In this document: positions 7,790 through 16,484 of the stretch, piece by piece | How the letters are laid out: each line of letters starts with the position of its first letter | How positions within the stretch are numbered: the first letter of the stretch is position 1 | Assembly: GCA_044450345.1 (NCBI GenBank) | Contig: JBIOIY010000048.1 | Span: forward strand, 1 to 23,466 | Source of the DNA: Thermodesulfovibrionales bacterium | GTDB lineage: Bacteria; Nitrospirota; Thermodesulfovibrionia; Thermodesulfovibrionales; UBA6898 | Reading direction: 5' to 3' | Length of the DNA: 23,466 nucleotides | Position numbers and translations under genes: made by a program | Notes under the pieces: generated by a model | Seen by the model: the letters and a program-made list of their open reading frames with translations, nothing else | Told to the model about the DNA's origin: nothing | Database searches by the model: none

Positions 7790-9817
7790 TTAAGGAATCA
7801 CAAAAACTGTTATCCAATGGTAATAGCTCATCAGACTCCCTGGCGGAGTTACTAATATATGGACGGTATATGTCCCTGACGGCAATATAGAAATTGGCAG
7901 AGTGCGGAAGAGGGCCTCGCCCACAGGCCCGGTCGTATTCTGCTTCCAGGGCATAGCTCCTGGAGGAGGTGTCCCTGCCGAGAGTGCCTGGATTACAGTA
8001 TTGATGGAGAACGACTGAAAGGTTCGGTCCGGCTTTAAATTTTTGATAGTCGATGGGTCTGCCGAAGAAGCATATGCCAGGTAAATATCCACATTACCAG
8101 TAAATGGCAGGAACCACGCTTCGAAATTGAGAAGACCGGTGGTTAAATCTCCCACTGCAAAAGGCATGGCATCTCCAGGATTCGGGCGGAGGAGAGGATC
8201 GATACTCTGAGCATAGGGATGGCTTTCACGATCAGTAGGCACAAACATCACCGCATGTTCGACAGAGCCTATATCCACCCCGGCGCCCACAGGCCGCTTT
8301 ACTCCTCTTTGGTCCGTGGCAGGTGCGCCGTTGCTGTCGCCCGTGTCAATGGCGGGGCTTCCCGGAAGCAGATCATAGGTCTGCGTATATCCGCCGTTAT
8401 TCTCAAACGGCCCAAGAAGAGGGTCTGTGTTGTTAAGGTCGCCCGGGGCATTCAGAGCACAGGTAGCGTCGCTCGATATGTTATGCCCCTGAGAGGTGAC
8501 GGGACCCAGGCAATTTCCTCCCGAAGGACTATTAGCGACGATTGTATTTTTCAGCGTCGTAACAGGGTTCGTGTTGCTGCCTTTGTTGTTCAGGACACCA
8601 CCACCATTGGGTGAGGAGTTGTCGCTGATTGTTGCGTTAAGAATGCTTAGGCTGCCGTTATTGTTGAAAACACCTCCACCTATTGTGCCTGCGGTGTTCC
8701 CGCTGACAGTGCCATTTGTTACCGTCATGATGCCGGTATAGTGAAAGATCCCGCCGCCGACCACCGCACTGTTACCACTGAAGGTTACGTTGTTCATATT
8801 TACAGTGCCATTGAAGTTGTTGATGCCGCCGCCGTTATTGGCGGCACTGTTACCACTGATGGTAATATCTGATAGTGTCAGCGTGGCAATAGTTGAGCCG
8901 CCTGGGGTTGAACTGCAGGTGGTGGGACCAACAAAAATGCCACCGGCATCACCCGCTGACGTGTTGCCGGAAATTATGCCCGAACGCTTGTCGAGGCTAC
9001 CGCCATTGGAAATACCTCCACCAGCGCTTGTAGTGGGCGTTGTCACGCTATTATTAGTGATATTGGCGCCATCAATGCTTGTGGAGGAACCCTGCGCTGC
9101 GCAAATTCCGCCACCTTCGTGTCGTGCGCTGTTACCATTGACTGTCCCCCCAAACATATTCAAAACACCCTCGTTCCAAATACCACCGCCAGAAAATGCT
9201 GTGTTTCCAGAAATCGTGCAATCATAGCAGGTTACACTGCTCGGGAGATCGATATAAAGACCGCCTCCGCCACCCAGGGTACTATTGCCAGAGATATTGC
9301 AATTCGCCATCGTCAAGGAGCTGTCGAGAACTACTATTCCGCCGCCACTGTTGTTTAGACAGTTGACATTGGTTAGTGTAAGGTCGCAGCTAGAGCAGAG
9401 AATACCGGCTGTTCGCGCATTTTCTATGCTAAGATCGGAGATGAAAACTCTAGGGCGCGGTTTCCCACTAATCCCACTAACGCTAAAACCTGTTGTACCA
9501 GGAGGACCATTTATCTGAAGAGAATAAGATTCCGGACCGGAGATTGTTAAGTCCTTGTCAGTAATGGGGATTAAGCCAGTCAAATTGATAGGACCTTTGA
9601 CACTGGGATCAAAGATGATAGTGTCACCGGAATTCGCTTTACCCACCGCATCTCGAAGCGAGCCAAGGCCGCTGTCATTTGAATTCGTGACAATGAGGGT
9701 GGCGGCCTGCGATTCTGACACGATGCCTATCCCCACCGATATTAGTGTTAATGCTACCACACAAAGATATAGTCTTCTCCGGAACCCGTTTTGTTTGACT
9801 ACTCGCACACTTGCCAT
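7790..9817 (-). CDS. Secreted/surface parallel beta-helix repeat protein with choice-of-anchor Q region and an unknown C-terminal domain
   Basis: Signal peptide; VTNSNDSGLGSLRDAV; repeated ISGN(S/T)A..GGGI units; LGPFENNGGYTQTYDLLPGSPAIDTG...TDQRGVKRP...DIGSVE. Confidence 0.88.
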   Translation of the reverse strand: MASVRVVKQNGFRRRLYLCVVALTLISVGIGIVSESQAATLIVTNSNDSGLGSLRDAVGKANSGDTIIFDPSVKGPINLTGLIPITDKDLTISGPESYSLQINGPPGTTGFSVSGISGKPRPRVFISDLSIENARTAGILCSSCDLTLTNVNCLNNSGGGIVVLDSSLTMANCNISGNSTLGGGGGLYIDLPSSVTCYDCTISGNTAFSGGGIWNEGVLNMFGGTVNGNSARHEGGGICAAQGSSTSIDGANITNNSVTTPTTSAGGGISNGGSLDKRSGIISGNTSAGDAGGIFVGPTTCSSTPGGSTIATLTLSDITISGNSAANNGGGINNFNGTVNMNNVTFSGNSAVVGGGIFHYTGIMTVTNGTVSGNTAGTIGGGVFNNNGSLSILNATISDNSSPNGGGVLNNKGSNTNPVTTLKNTIVANSPSGGNCLGPVTSQGHNISSDATCALNAPGDLNNTDPLLGPFENNGGYTQTYDLLPGSPAIDTGDSNGAPATDQRGVKRPVGAGVDIGSVEHAVMFVPTDRESHPYAQSIDPLLRPNPGDAMPFAVGDLTTGLLNFEAWFLPFTGNVDIYLAYASSADPSTIKNLKPDRTFQSFSINTVIQALSAGTPPPGAMPWKQNTTGPVGEALFRTLPISILPSGTYTVHILVTPPGSLMSYYHWITVFVIP

Positions 9818-10266
9818 CTTGACCTCCTTAACCCTCTTTATAAAGGTGTCTATAGAAAAATGTCACTTTTCCCATGATTGTAAAAACATAAACACTAAGG
9901 CTTATTCGCCAAATAATTATCTGGCATATTCTTAAATAAAAAGGCAGAACTTACCGAAAAGATTGCCTCTTCTCTCTTGCTCTTTTTCATTAGGGAGACC
10001 TATCAATCTCAGTTTCGCTGATCGTCTTCAATGGATTGCGTTTCCCCTTATGTCTGCACAGTGGTTGTCCCTAATGTCCCGAGAAACCGTTTCCAACGGG
10101 ATAATCTTAGGAACCAGCATGCCTTCATGCTGCCGCGAAACAGGAGTCGTGTGTTCCCCCTGTCTCATGACAGACCTACAAAGGGCGGCCGCAATCCAAC
10201 ATGCGATCTACTTACCCTTAATAAAGATGATTCAGTATCAGGTCAAACATCCTCTCTGGTGCATTA

Positions 10267-10692
10267 TTATTGACCAACAACAAAGGAATAACCGTGTGTT
10301 GATACGGAAGTCCCGTCAGGAGCGTATAGGACAGCCCAAAGAAAGTAAGTTCCCGCAGGAAGCGGGGGGATGTTTTGATTAGTTACAAAGCTGCCAGCAC
10401 CAGTGGTGACCGTGACGTTCGGGGCGATGACTACCTGACCGACACTGTTTGTGACCACCAATATCAACTTTTGAGAGCCGCTTTGTGCAACTATCGTGTA
10501 TGCCACATAAAGGTACACTGTGTCAGTAACAGCAAACACAGGCTGGTGTGGAGCAAACCCTTGCGTAAGTGGTGGGCCAGCGGTGTATACGTCCTGTATG
10601 TAAGACTTATCTGCGACCGCGGCTTCAGCGGTTACGAGACTGAAAGCCAAAACCATAACTACTGCTACTGTGACCGAAAAAAACTTAAACAT
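10267..10692 (-). CDS. Secreted hypothetical protein (beta-sandwich-like, 141 aa)
   Basis: Signal peptide ending AEA/AVA; AGGAGG RBS; beta-strand-rich; LPAGTYFLW motif. Confidence 0.8.
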   Translation of the reverse strand: MFKFFSVTVAVVMVLAFSLVTAEAAVADKSYIQDVYTAGPPLTQGFAPHQPVFAVTDTVYLYVAYTIVAQSGSQKLILVVTNSVGQVVIAPNVTVTTGAGSFVTNQNIPPLPAGTYFLWAVLYAPDGTSVSTHGYSFVVGQ

Positions 10693-10845
10693 AGCATCCT
10701 CCTTTTTACTGAACTGTTCACATTGCGTCTAAGCCGCCAAAGAGAGACGAACTACTGAGTACACGCAAATCCATTTTCCCCCGATCATAAGTCACTTCCA
10801 CAGGGGCTAAAAGCAAACCGCTTTGATTGCCAACCACCTAATCAA

Positions 10846-10873
10846 AGTGTATCCTTTTAATATCGGTTGTCAA
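10846..10873 (-). promoter_or_regulatory. Sigma70-type promoter for the 141-aa secreted protein gene
   Basis: TTGACA-N16-TACACT on the minus strand, about 150 nt upstream of ATG 10692. Confidence 0.55.
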
Positions 10874-11345
10874 GACAGTCCCCTGGCCTTTTAATCTCCC
10901 ACTGGGTAGCCCTTGATCCAGGGCTTGGGATAATGGATTAGGCGTTCAGAGAAGTGCTGTTCCAGTAAGCTGCTTGATCTATGCACCGCAAAGGCTCTGG
11001 TTGTAAACGCAGTCGTACAAGGGAAGACTTGTCCAGAAGAACAAAAAGAAAAAAGAAGTTCTCTACTCTTTATAAGTCATTCACCCCATGTTTACAAATG
11101 CCAATTTCCGATTGAAATCTTCATAAACGTAGCAGGGTCCCTGGATGCGGCTTTCAGGAAGAAGTGAACGCTAAAGTTTGCCGATGCGGCAACTGAGACT
11201 TTTACCCCATGCACTATGGGCAATCATTGTTCATCACGACATGCTGAATATTACGATAAATGTAATCCCGCATAAGCGTCTTCAGCACGTCGAGCTGCTC
11301 GGGAATGGGCCGATATTGTGACTCCAAAGCCTCGCTGTCCCGGGT

Positions 11346-12011
11346 TTAAAGTTTCTCATCCTCCTTCACACCCTCTATGAGAAGATAGACATCATGCTTC
11401 AGAAACGTAGTGCGAGTCACCTTTAATTGCCCCATCTCGGCCAAATGCGCGAGGGTACGCCTGTCGAAACGCGCCCCATAGACCTTCTCAACAAAGGGGG
11501 CAAAGAAGTCCTGCCTTTTTCTTATCTTTGGCGTCTTGGAATAAATCATTTCGAGGAGGCGGAAGCGTCCCCCCGGCTTCAACACCCTCGCGAACTGTTC
11601 GAGCACCGAGCGCTGCAGTTCTTCAGGAATAACGCAACACAAGTACGTCGCAATGACCCAGTCGTGACTGCCCGATGGTATCGACGCCATGTTGCAGGCG
11701 TCTTCAAGAACAAAGTCCACTCTGCACCTGGCATGACGCGCCCGCCGCCTTGCGCGCTTGAGCATCGCGGAGCTGAGGTCAATGGCGGTGAGTTCCACGT
11801 CGGTATGATAGTATTTCAAGTTACGACCTGTGCCGACCCCTGCCTCGAGAACGCGTCCTCCGAGGTCGCCCACCAAAGACGGTCTCCATTTCCTGTACTG
11901 CCGCTCCCACGGGCAATCGAGTATATCGTAAAGCCAAGCCGTTATTTCATATCTGTCGAGATTCGCGCGGGTTTTCGGATGAAGATTTCTGAAATACACG
12001 GTGCTTTTCAC
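11346..12011 (-). CDS. Class I SAM-dependent methyltransferase
   Basis: VLEAGVGTGRN motif I, AIDLSSAML, RVLKPGGRF; GTG start. Confidence 0.92.
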   Translation of the reverse strand: MKSTVYFRNLHPKTRANLDRYEITAWLYDILDCPWERQYRKWRPSLVGDLGGRVLEAGVGTGRNLKYYHTDVELTAIDLSSAMLKRARRRARHARCRVDFVLEDACNMASIPSGSHDWVIATYLCCVIPEELQRSVLEQFARVLKPGGRFRLLEMIYSKTPKIRKRQDFFAPFVEKVYGARFDRRTLAHLAEMGQLKVTRTTFLKHDVYLLIEGVKEDEKL

Positions 12012-12121
12012 TATGGGTATATTCTAGCGCAAATTGTCCGGTCGCAGATGCGATCGATAAACGCCCTCGTTTCTACCCTTTTGAGAAGAAGGCGTCCATC
12101 GACTATAGGAAGGAGGTGACA

Positions 12122-12430
12122 CTATAAGGAAGGTTTGTTCGCCAAGGTTTCGATCAATGTATTAATTTTTACTTTCTGCTCATCATTTAGGTCAATAAAC
12201 ATAAGCCCAAATCCAATTCCCGGCTGACAATGTTTGACCTCTGCCTTGAGCACTAGCTTCTCTCCCTTAAAAGGGATAGTTACGTCAACTACGTTATTTT
12301 CTTCAAAAGAGTGAACTGCACTAATGTAAAGACCACGCTCACTGATATCACTACTTGTGCACCGTTTTGCACCGTCCACCGTAATGTCCTCTATAAAAAC
12401 AAATCTTTCGTATTTTCTTTTGTCTTCCAT
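12122..12430 (-). CDS. Single-domain PilZ protein (c-di-GMP receptor)
   Basis: RKYER (RxxxR) and DISERG (DxSxxG) motifs, GFGLMF; AT-rich relative to neighbours. Confidence 0.88.
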   Translation of the reverse strand: MEDKRKYERFVFIEDITVDGAKRCTSSDISERGLYISAVHSFEENNVVDVTIPFKGEKLVLKAEVKHCQPGIGFGLMFIDLNDEQKVKINTLIETLANKPSL

Positions 12431-12554
12431 ATTTTGGCTGTCCGCTAGTCTTCATTATAATATTAGAAAACAATATTATCAATGAAAATAATCCACATTT
12501 CCAGTTGAAGTCTGCACCATTTCGTCATGCTTTAGAAGAGGAGGAAGGAGTTTT

Positions 12555-12795
12555 CTAATCTACGAGCATTTCCTTGATGACTGCCTTCACTTTTTTTACC
12601 GTCTTTTTGTCGAGTGAGCCGAGTTTTTCCGTGAGCCTCTTCTTGTCAACCGTTCTTATCTGATCGAGAACGATCCAGCCGGTCTTCTCCTGCAAGAAGA
12701 CGTTCACCCTCGTAGGGTAGGCATGTGACTTGGTCGTCATCGGGGCTACCATAATTTGTTTTTTATGATCAACATCATATCCTTTAATCTACCAT
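12555..12795 (-). pseudogene. mazF: MazF/PemK toxin remnant
   Basis: C-terminal half VAPMTTKSHAYPTRV...IVLDQIRTVDKKRL is present. The DP...E..K.RP catalytic region is absent. A possible frameshifted N-terminus (ATG GTA g ATT AAA GGA TAT GAT GTT) starts at 12795. Confidence 0.75.
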
Positions 12796-12811
12796 CTGTT
12801 AAAATAGTTAT

Positions 12812-13078
12812 ATGGGAATATTAAAAGAAGGATGTCCGGGAAGCAGGGAGATAAGGACCCCTTATCCTGAAGAGGTGACGTGTTTCTGGTGCGAAACGGC
12901 GAATGAGATGTGGACGGACGAGGTCGAGACGGATTGTAAGAGATGCGGGAAGAAAGTGACCCGCGAGATGGGACCTTCCTGTATCGAATGGTGTCCCGCC
13001 GCGAGGGAATGTGTCGGCGCCGAGAAATACGAGAGGCTGATGAAGTCGATCAAGGCACAGGCCGGCGGGGCAAAATAA
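12812..13078 (+). CDS. Small Cys-rich metal-binding protein (88 aa)
   Basis: Eight Cys: CPGS, CFWC, CKRC, SCIEWCPAAREC. Host-like codon usage; followed by a terminator hairpin. Confidence 0.8.
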   Translation: MGILKEGCPGSREIRTPYPEEVTCFWCETANEMWTDEVETDCKRCGKKVTREMGPSCIEWCPAARECVGAEKYERLMKSIKAQAGGAK

Positions 13079-13103
13079 AAAAGCCCCTTTGAAAAAGGGG
13101 CTT
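13077..13103. terminator. Intrinsic terminator between convergent genes
   Basis: AAGCCCCTTT-GAA-AAAGGGGCTT hairpin with a T tract on the minus strand, downstream of csp. Confidence 0.8.
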
Positions 13104-13122
13104 CAAGTTTTCAGTTATTTTA

Positions 13123-13326
13123 TCAAACTCTCGTGACGTTCACCGCCTTCGGACCTTTCGGACCATCAGCCAATTCGAATGAAACAGCCTGGCCTTCGGA
13201 AAGTGTTTTAAACCCATTGGCCTGAATCTCCGAATAATGAACAAAGATGTCTCCCCCGTCTTCGCTTGTGATGAACCCATACCCTTTGGTTTCGTTAAAC
13301 CACTTCACTGTTCCTCTCTGCTGCAT
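13123..13326 (-). CDS. cspA: Cold-shock protein (CspA family)
   Basis: [15 protein letters not shown] (RNP1), DIFVHYSEI (RNP2); GGGAGGAG RBS. Confidence 0.97.
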   Translation of the reverse strand: MQQRGTVKWFNETKGYGFITSEDGGDIFVHYSEIQANGFKTLSEGQAVSFELADGPKGPKAVNVTRV

Positions 13327-13365
13327 GCTGCTTTCTCCTCCCAGTAAGAAATATAGATCAGTGTG

Positions 13366-13441
13366 AGTTCCGGAAATCCAAAAAAAACCGCAAAGCTCAA
13401 AGTCTTTGCGGCCCTGTCGTAAGACAAAAACTTCCGAAACT
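13366..13441 (-). promoter_or_regulatory. Structured csp 5' leader containing a terminator-like hairpin
   Basis: CCGCAAAG-N8-CTTTGCGG followed by U8 (13411-13380), enclosed by a 12-bp stem (13430-13441 with 13366-13377). Confidence 0.65.
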
Positions 13442-13449
13442 TATGAAAA

Positions 13450-13479
13450 AATATGACATAGAAACAGTCGAAAGGTCAA
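13450..13479 (-). promoter_or_regulatory. Sigma70-type csp promoter
   Basis: TTGACC-N18-CATATT with extended -10 TG. Confidence 0.5.
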
Positions 13480-13574
13480 GATTTTTTCTGGCGGTTCGCA
13501 GAAGGTTCGGCTGGAATCAACAGGGTGTTTTCGCGGGCGTGAAAGTGAAACCGGAAAAAGAATATAATAGACCG

Positions 13575-14180
13575 ATGCTGATAGCCGGACTGACGGGAAA
13601 TTTCGGGATGGGAAAAAGCCATGTCCTCTCCCTCTTCGGGGAATTCGGAGCGGTCACGCTCGAAAGCGACCGGATCGTTGGGATGCTCCTGAGTGAGGAG
13701 GGGGTCGTTGTAAAAGTGAAGGGCCTGTTGGGAAACGACGTGGCGACCCCCGCTGGGACCCTCGACAAGAAGGCGATCGCCGATAAGATATTTCATGACC
13801 GGGAATTAAAGGAGAAACTCGAGGCGTTGCTGCACCCCCTGGTATTCGAAAAGGCGGAGGATTTCATCAGTAAGATAGGGAACAGGGATTCTGTCGTGAT
13901 AGTCGAGGTCCCCTTGCTTTTTGAGGGAAATTACCAGGACAGGTTCGAAAAGATCATTACGGTCTATACCTCAGATGAAACGGCACTCGAGCGACTCGAT
14001 AGGTCGGGTGTCCCGAGAAGAGATGCACTTGCAAGGATGAAAAACCAATTGCCTATTTCCGAGAAGAAGCGTCGGGCCGATTACCTGATCGACAACGGCG
14101 GCTCGAAGGAGGAGACGAGAAGGCAGGTGGAAGAGGTATACAGTTCGCTTCGCAAAGAGTTGACGAAGCGGAAGAGTTGA
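13575..14180 (+). CDS. coaE: Dephospho-CoA kinase
   Basis: GLTGNFGMGKS P-loop, LEALLHPLV, VEVPLLFE, ADYLIDNGG. Start set at MLIAGLTG (13575). Confidence 0.95.
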   Translation: MLIAGLTGNFGMGKSHVLSLFGEFGAVTLESDRIVGMLLSEEGVVVKVKGLLGNDVATPAGTLDKKAIADKIFHDRELKEKLEALLHPLVFEKAEDFISKIGNRDSVVIVEVPLLFEGNYQDRFEKIITVYTSDETALERLDRSGVPRRDALARMKNQLPISEKKRRADYLIDNGGSKEETRRQVEEVYSSLRKELTKRKS

Positions 14181-14228
14181 GCCTGTGTGGCCGAACGGTT
14201 ATCAGACCTCCTGATTTCAAAGGCAGGG

Positions 14229-15860
14229 TCAATATGCCCAATAAGGGCCGCTGCCGAGGCCCGATGCGGTCCCCTCGATTCCTAAAAAAACGTCTTTCCC
14301 GAAGAAAAACGGGAGCCCCCAGTCAAAATCGCCAGGCTCATCTCCTCCGATGTTGGAAAACGCGCGGTTAGACGAGTTCAGCAGACTGATGAAATCTCCT
14401 ATTTGAAACGCCACACTGCCGGCCGAAGGACCGAAGGCGCCCATGTTTATCGCGGAGAGGTCCGCGATTGACGGCGGACAGAACCAGCCCCTATTAGGCA
14501 AGGCACAGGACGGAAGCAGCCCCGACGAGGGTGGCGGGAAAAAAAGGCCGTTTGATCCGGTGTCGATGAAACTGGTGTAAAGGGAACCATCGAAACTGGT
14601 GCCGATGTTTCCGAACTGGTCGGTGGCATATGTTATTACACCGGAAGGGGTGTTGTTGGCCCGGGTGCCGACGCCTAAAACGAAATAGCCGCTCGATGAA
14701 GGAGATCCGTCCGGCAATACGCCCGGAAGCCGGACCATCAGCCCGTTATTGTCGAGGGGGAGAAGGGCTACGGGATTCGGGACCTGGTCTGACAAGGCGA
14801 CCGTCGTTGCCTGGCAGCCAGATCCGCTGCAGGCGTAATACATGCCATTAGTGCGAAGTCTCGAACAGGTCGGACCGCAGTCTTCCGCAAGAGGACCGAT
14901 GCCGAGGATCCCGGTATACCCGGCTTCCTCCGGACTCGAGTCCGCATTGCTGCAGGCAGCGGGAGGAAGGCCGAAGGCAGCATCGATGACCTGGATCGGG
15001 ACGCGAACGGCAGGCTCATTTCCCAGGATAACGTCCGCAGTCTGGACGGGGCCCCAATCCGCCGAGCCGTCGCCGAAGTGGATGCACTCGGCGAGAGAAC
15101 CAGTGCTCCCGGTTACCTGATCGAGCGTTATGTGCAGTGCCTGCTTGAATATCCGCAACCCGGTACTTCCGGTATCGAGTAATACGTCATCGATCGTCTG
15201 ACACGCAGAAGTGCCGGGAGAGCAGACCGTTACGCTGACGCACGGCTTGTTTTCATATGAGCCCGGGGCACAGAGAGCGCCGTTTACCGTGACTGGGACC
15301 ACGTTATCTCCGAAGAGGGCTGTTGTTTTCCAGAGGTAGTAACTGGAAAGGCTGCCGGCAGGTGTGACGAGGAGATAGAGGGAATAAGTCCCTTGCGGCA
15401 GCGAAGAGACAGCCATGCTCCTGAGCACCTTCTCATCGAAGTTGCCGGACGTATTGGCCATCCACGGGCTAAACGTAACAGAAGAGAGTTGGAACGTGCC
15501 GTTCGGCGTCAGGCTGTTGAGTGGTACATGCTGCAAGGTGACATTATCAGGCATCAAGATATAGATGTAGTCCGGGTTTATCGCGGGAGCGTATATACCG
15601 ACATAGATATCAACCGGGCCGGAAAACTCGCCGATGCCGATTTGTAAAGTGACTGTTGTTCCCCCCGTTGCCGCGGAACCCAGCCCGATAGGCATAGCCC
15701 GCGCGGGGTCTGTGCTTACCACCGGCAGGGTCATCGGGCCATACGACGGGAAGACATGCTGACCTGACGGCACCGCCATCGACGAACTCCAGACAGCAGG
15801 GGCAAAGGCCGCGCCGGCAGCAAGAAACAGAGAAAGACAGAGTATCTTAATTGATTTCAT
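14229..15860 (-). CDS. DUF3443-family secreted protein (aspartic-protease-like) with an extra N-terminal domain
   Basis: NKPCVSVTVCSPG, VLLDTGSTGLRI, AECIHFGDG..WGPV, FIDTGSNGLFF, FDWGLPFFFG; signal peptide. Confidence 0.88.
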   Translation of the reverse strand: MKSIKILCLSLFLAAGAAFAPAVWSSSMAVPSGQHVFPSYGPMTLPVVSTDPARAMPIGLGSAATGGTTVTLQIGIGEFSGPVDIYVGIYAPAINPDYIYILMPDNVTLQHVPLNSLTPNGTFQLSSVTFSPWMANTSGNFDEKVLRSMAVSSLPQGTYSLYLLVTPAGSLSSYYLWKTTALFGDNVVPVTVNGALCAPGSYENKPCVSVTVCSPGTSACQTIDDVLLDTGSTGLRIFKQALHITLDQVTGSTGSLAECIHFGDGSADWGPVQTADVILGNEPAVRVPIQVIDAAFGLPPAACSNADSSPEEAGYTGILGIGPLAEDCGPTCSRLRTNGMYYACSGSGCQATTVALSDQVPNPVALLPLDNNGLMVRLPGVLPDGSPSSSGYFVLGVGTRANNTPSGVITYATDQFGNIGTSFDGSLYTSFIDTGSNGLFFPPPSSGLLPSCALPNRGWFCPPSIADLSAINMGAFGPSAGSVAFQIGDFISLLNSSNRAFSNIGGDEPGDFDWGLPFFFGKDVFLGIEGTASGLGSGPYWAY

Positions 15861-16317
15861 CGGCGTTCACCCCGAAGGGGACCAGGGCCGGTGCATAGGC
15901 GCGCCCCTGAAGGTTTCGCATATGCCCCCATTTCTCCACTACGATGCGGTCGGTCTTAACCTGCATTCGTCTGTGTCCCGGCCTGCGGGGAGTCTGTTGC
16001 AGGGCCTCCTGATATTCGTCGCTATAAGGGCCCAAAAGCTGCGTGAGATCAGGGTGGAGGAGTCCTTTCCAGGCAACGCCGAACACTATCCCGGACGGCG
16101 ATACGTATTGTCTGACGACGGTTGAACCGGAATCGATTTCATGAATCGTATACCCGTTGTGGGCAGTTGCGCTGTTCCGCAAGGACAAGAGCGCCTCCCG
16201 GTCTGCCGCGATCGACTCTTCAGTTTCCCCCAGCGCGGCACTGACCCGTTTATCGCTTGCAAAAAAAGCCGCCGCAAGACAGAGACTAAAGATCAATGCG
16301 TATAGTATTCGTTTCAT
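15847..16317 (-). CDS. DUF2844-family secreted protein
   Basis: AALGE, TVVRQYVSPSGIVFGVAWKG..HPDLTQLLG, GHMRNLQGRAY; usual partner of DUF3443. Start set at MKRILY (TTG at 16347 is an alternative). Confidence 0.88.
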   Translation of the reverse strand: MKRILYALIFSLCLAAAFFASDKRVSAALGETEESIAADREALLSLRNSATAHNGYTIHEIDSGSTVVRQYVSPSGIVFGVAWKGLLHPDLTQLLGPYSDEYQEALQQTPRRPGHRRMQVKTDRIVVEKWGHMRNLQGRAYAPALVPFGVNADEIN

Positions 16318-16484
16318 ATATTGGATTTTCCTGTCCGGTAAAGGCAATATATTAGTCTATCAGAAATTGTCCGTACAGCGCACTTATTGCCGGTGTTGCA
16401 ACCCGCAGCCCCTCTTTCCGGCGAAGCCTTGCCATCCGAATGAGCAAGGGAGACTGCTTAAGGGCAGGCCATATCTGCCGGCGG

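Noticed and set aside
8690..9300. Short nucleotide repeats such as GCACTGTTACCACTGA, possible CRISPR or DGR
   Set aside because: They are explained by SGNSA..GGG beta-helix coding repeats; there is no regular repeat-spacer period and no RT.
9900..10260. Intergenic ORFs and small hairpins, possible riboswitch
   Set aside because: I recognise no riboswitch consensus and the ORFs lack coding features.
10880..11345. Long intergenic stretch with a short coding-like minus-strand frame (PIPEQLDVLKTLMRDYIYRN)
   Set aside because: It could not be assigned to any family; possibly a gene remnant, but unsupported.
12102..12133. Near-tandem ACTATA(A)GGAAGG duplication at the PilZ gene end
   Set aside because: It is too short and has no matching copy on the other side of the gene, so it cannot be called a target-site duplication.
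13443..13574. 44-aa N-terminal extension of CoaE (likewise the extensions of UvrA, UbiA and Gx)
   Set aside because: The extensions overlap promoters or neighbouring genes, and family homology starts at the downstream Met.
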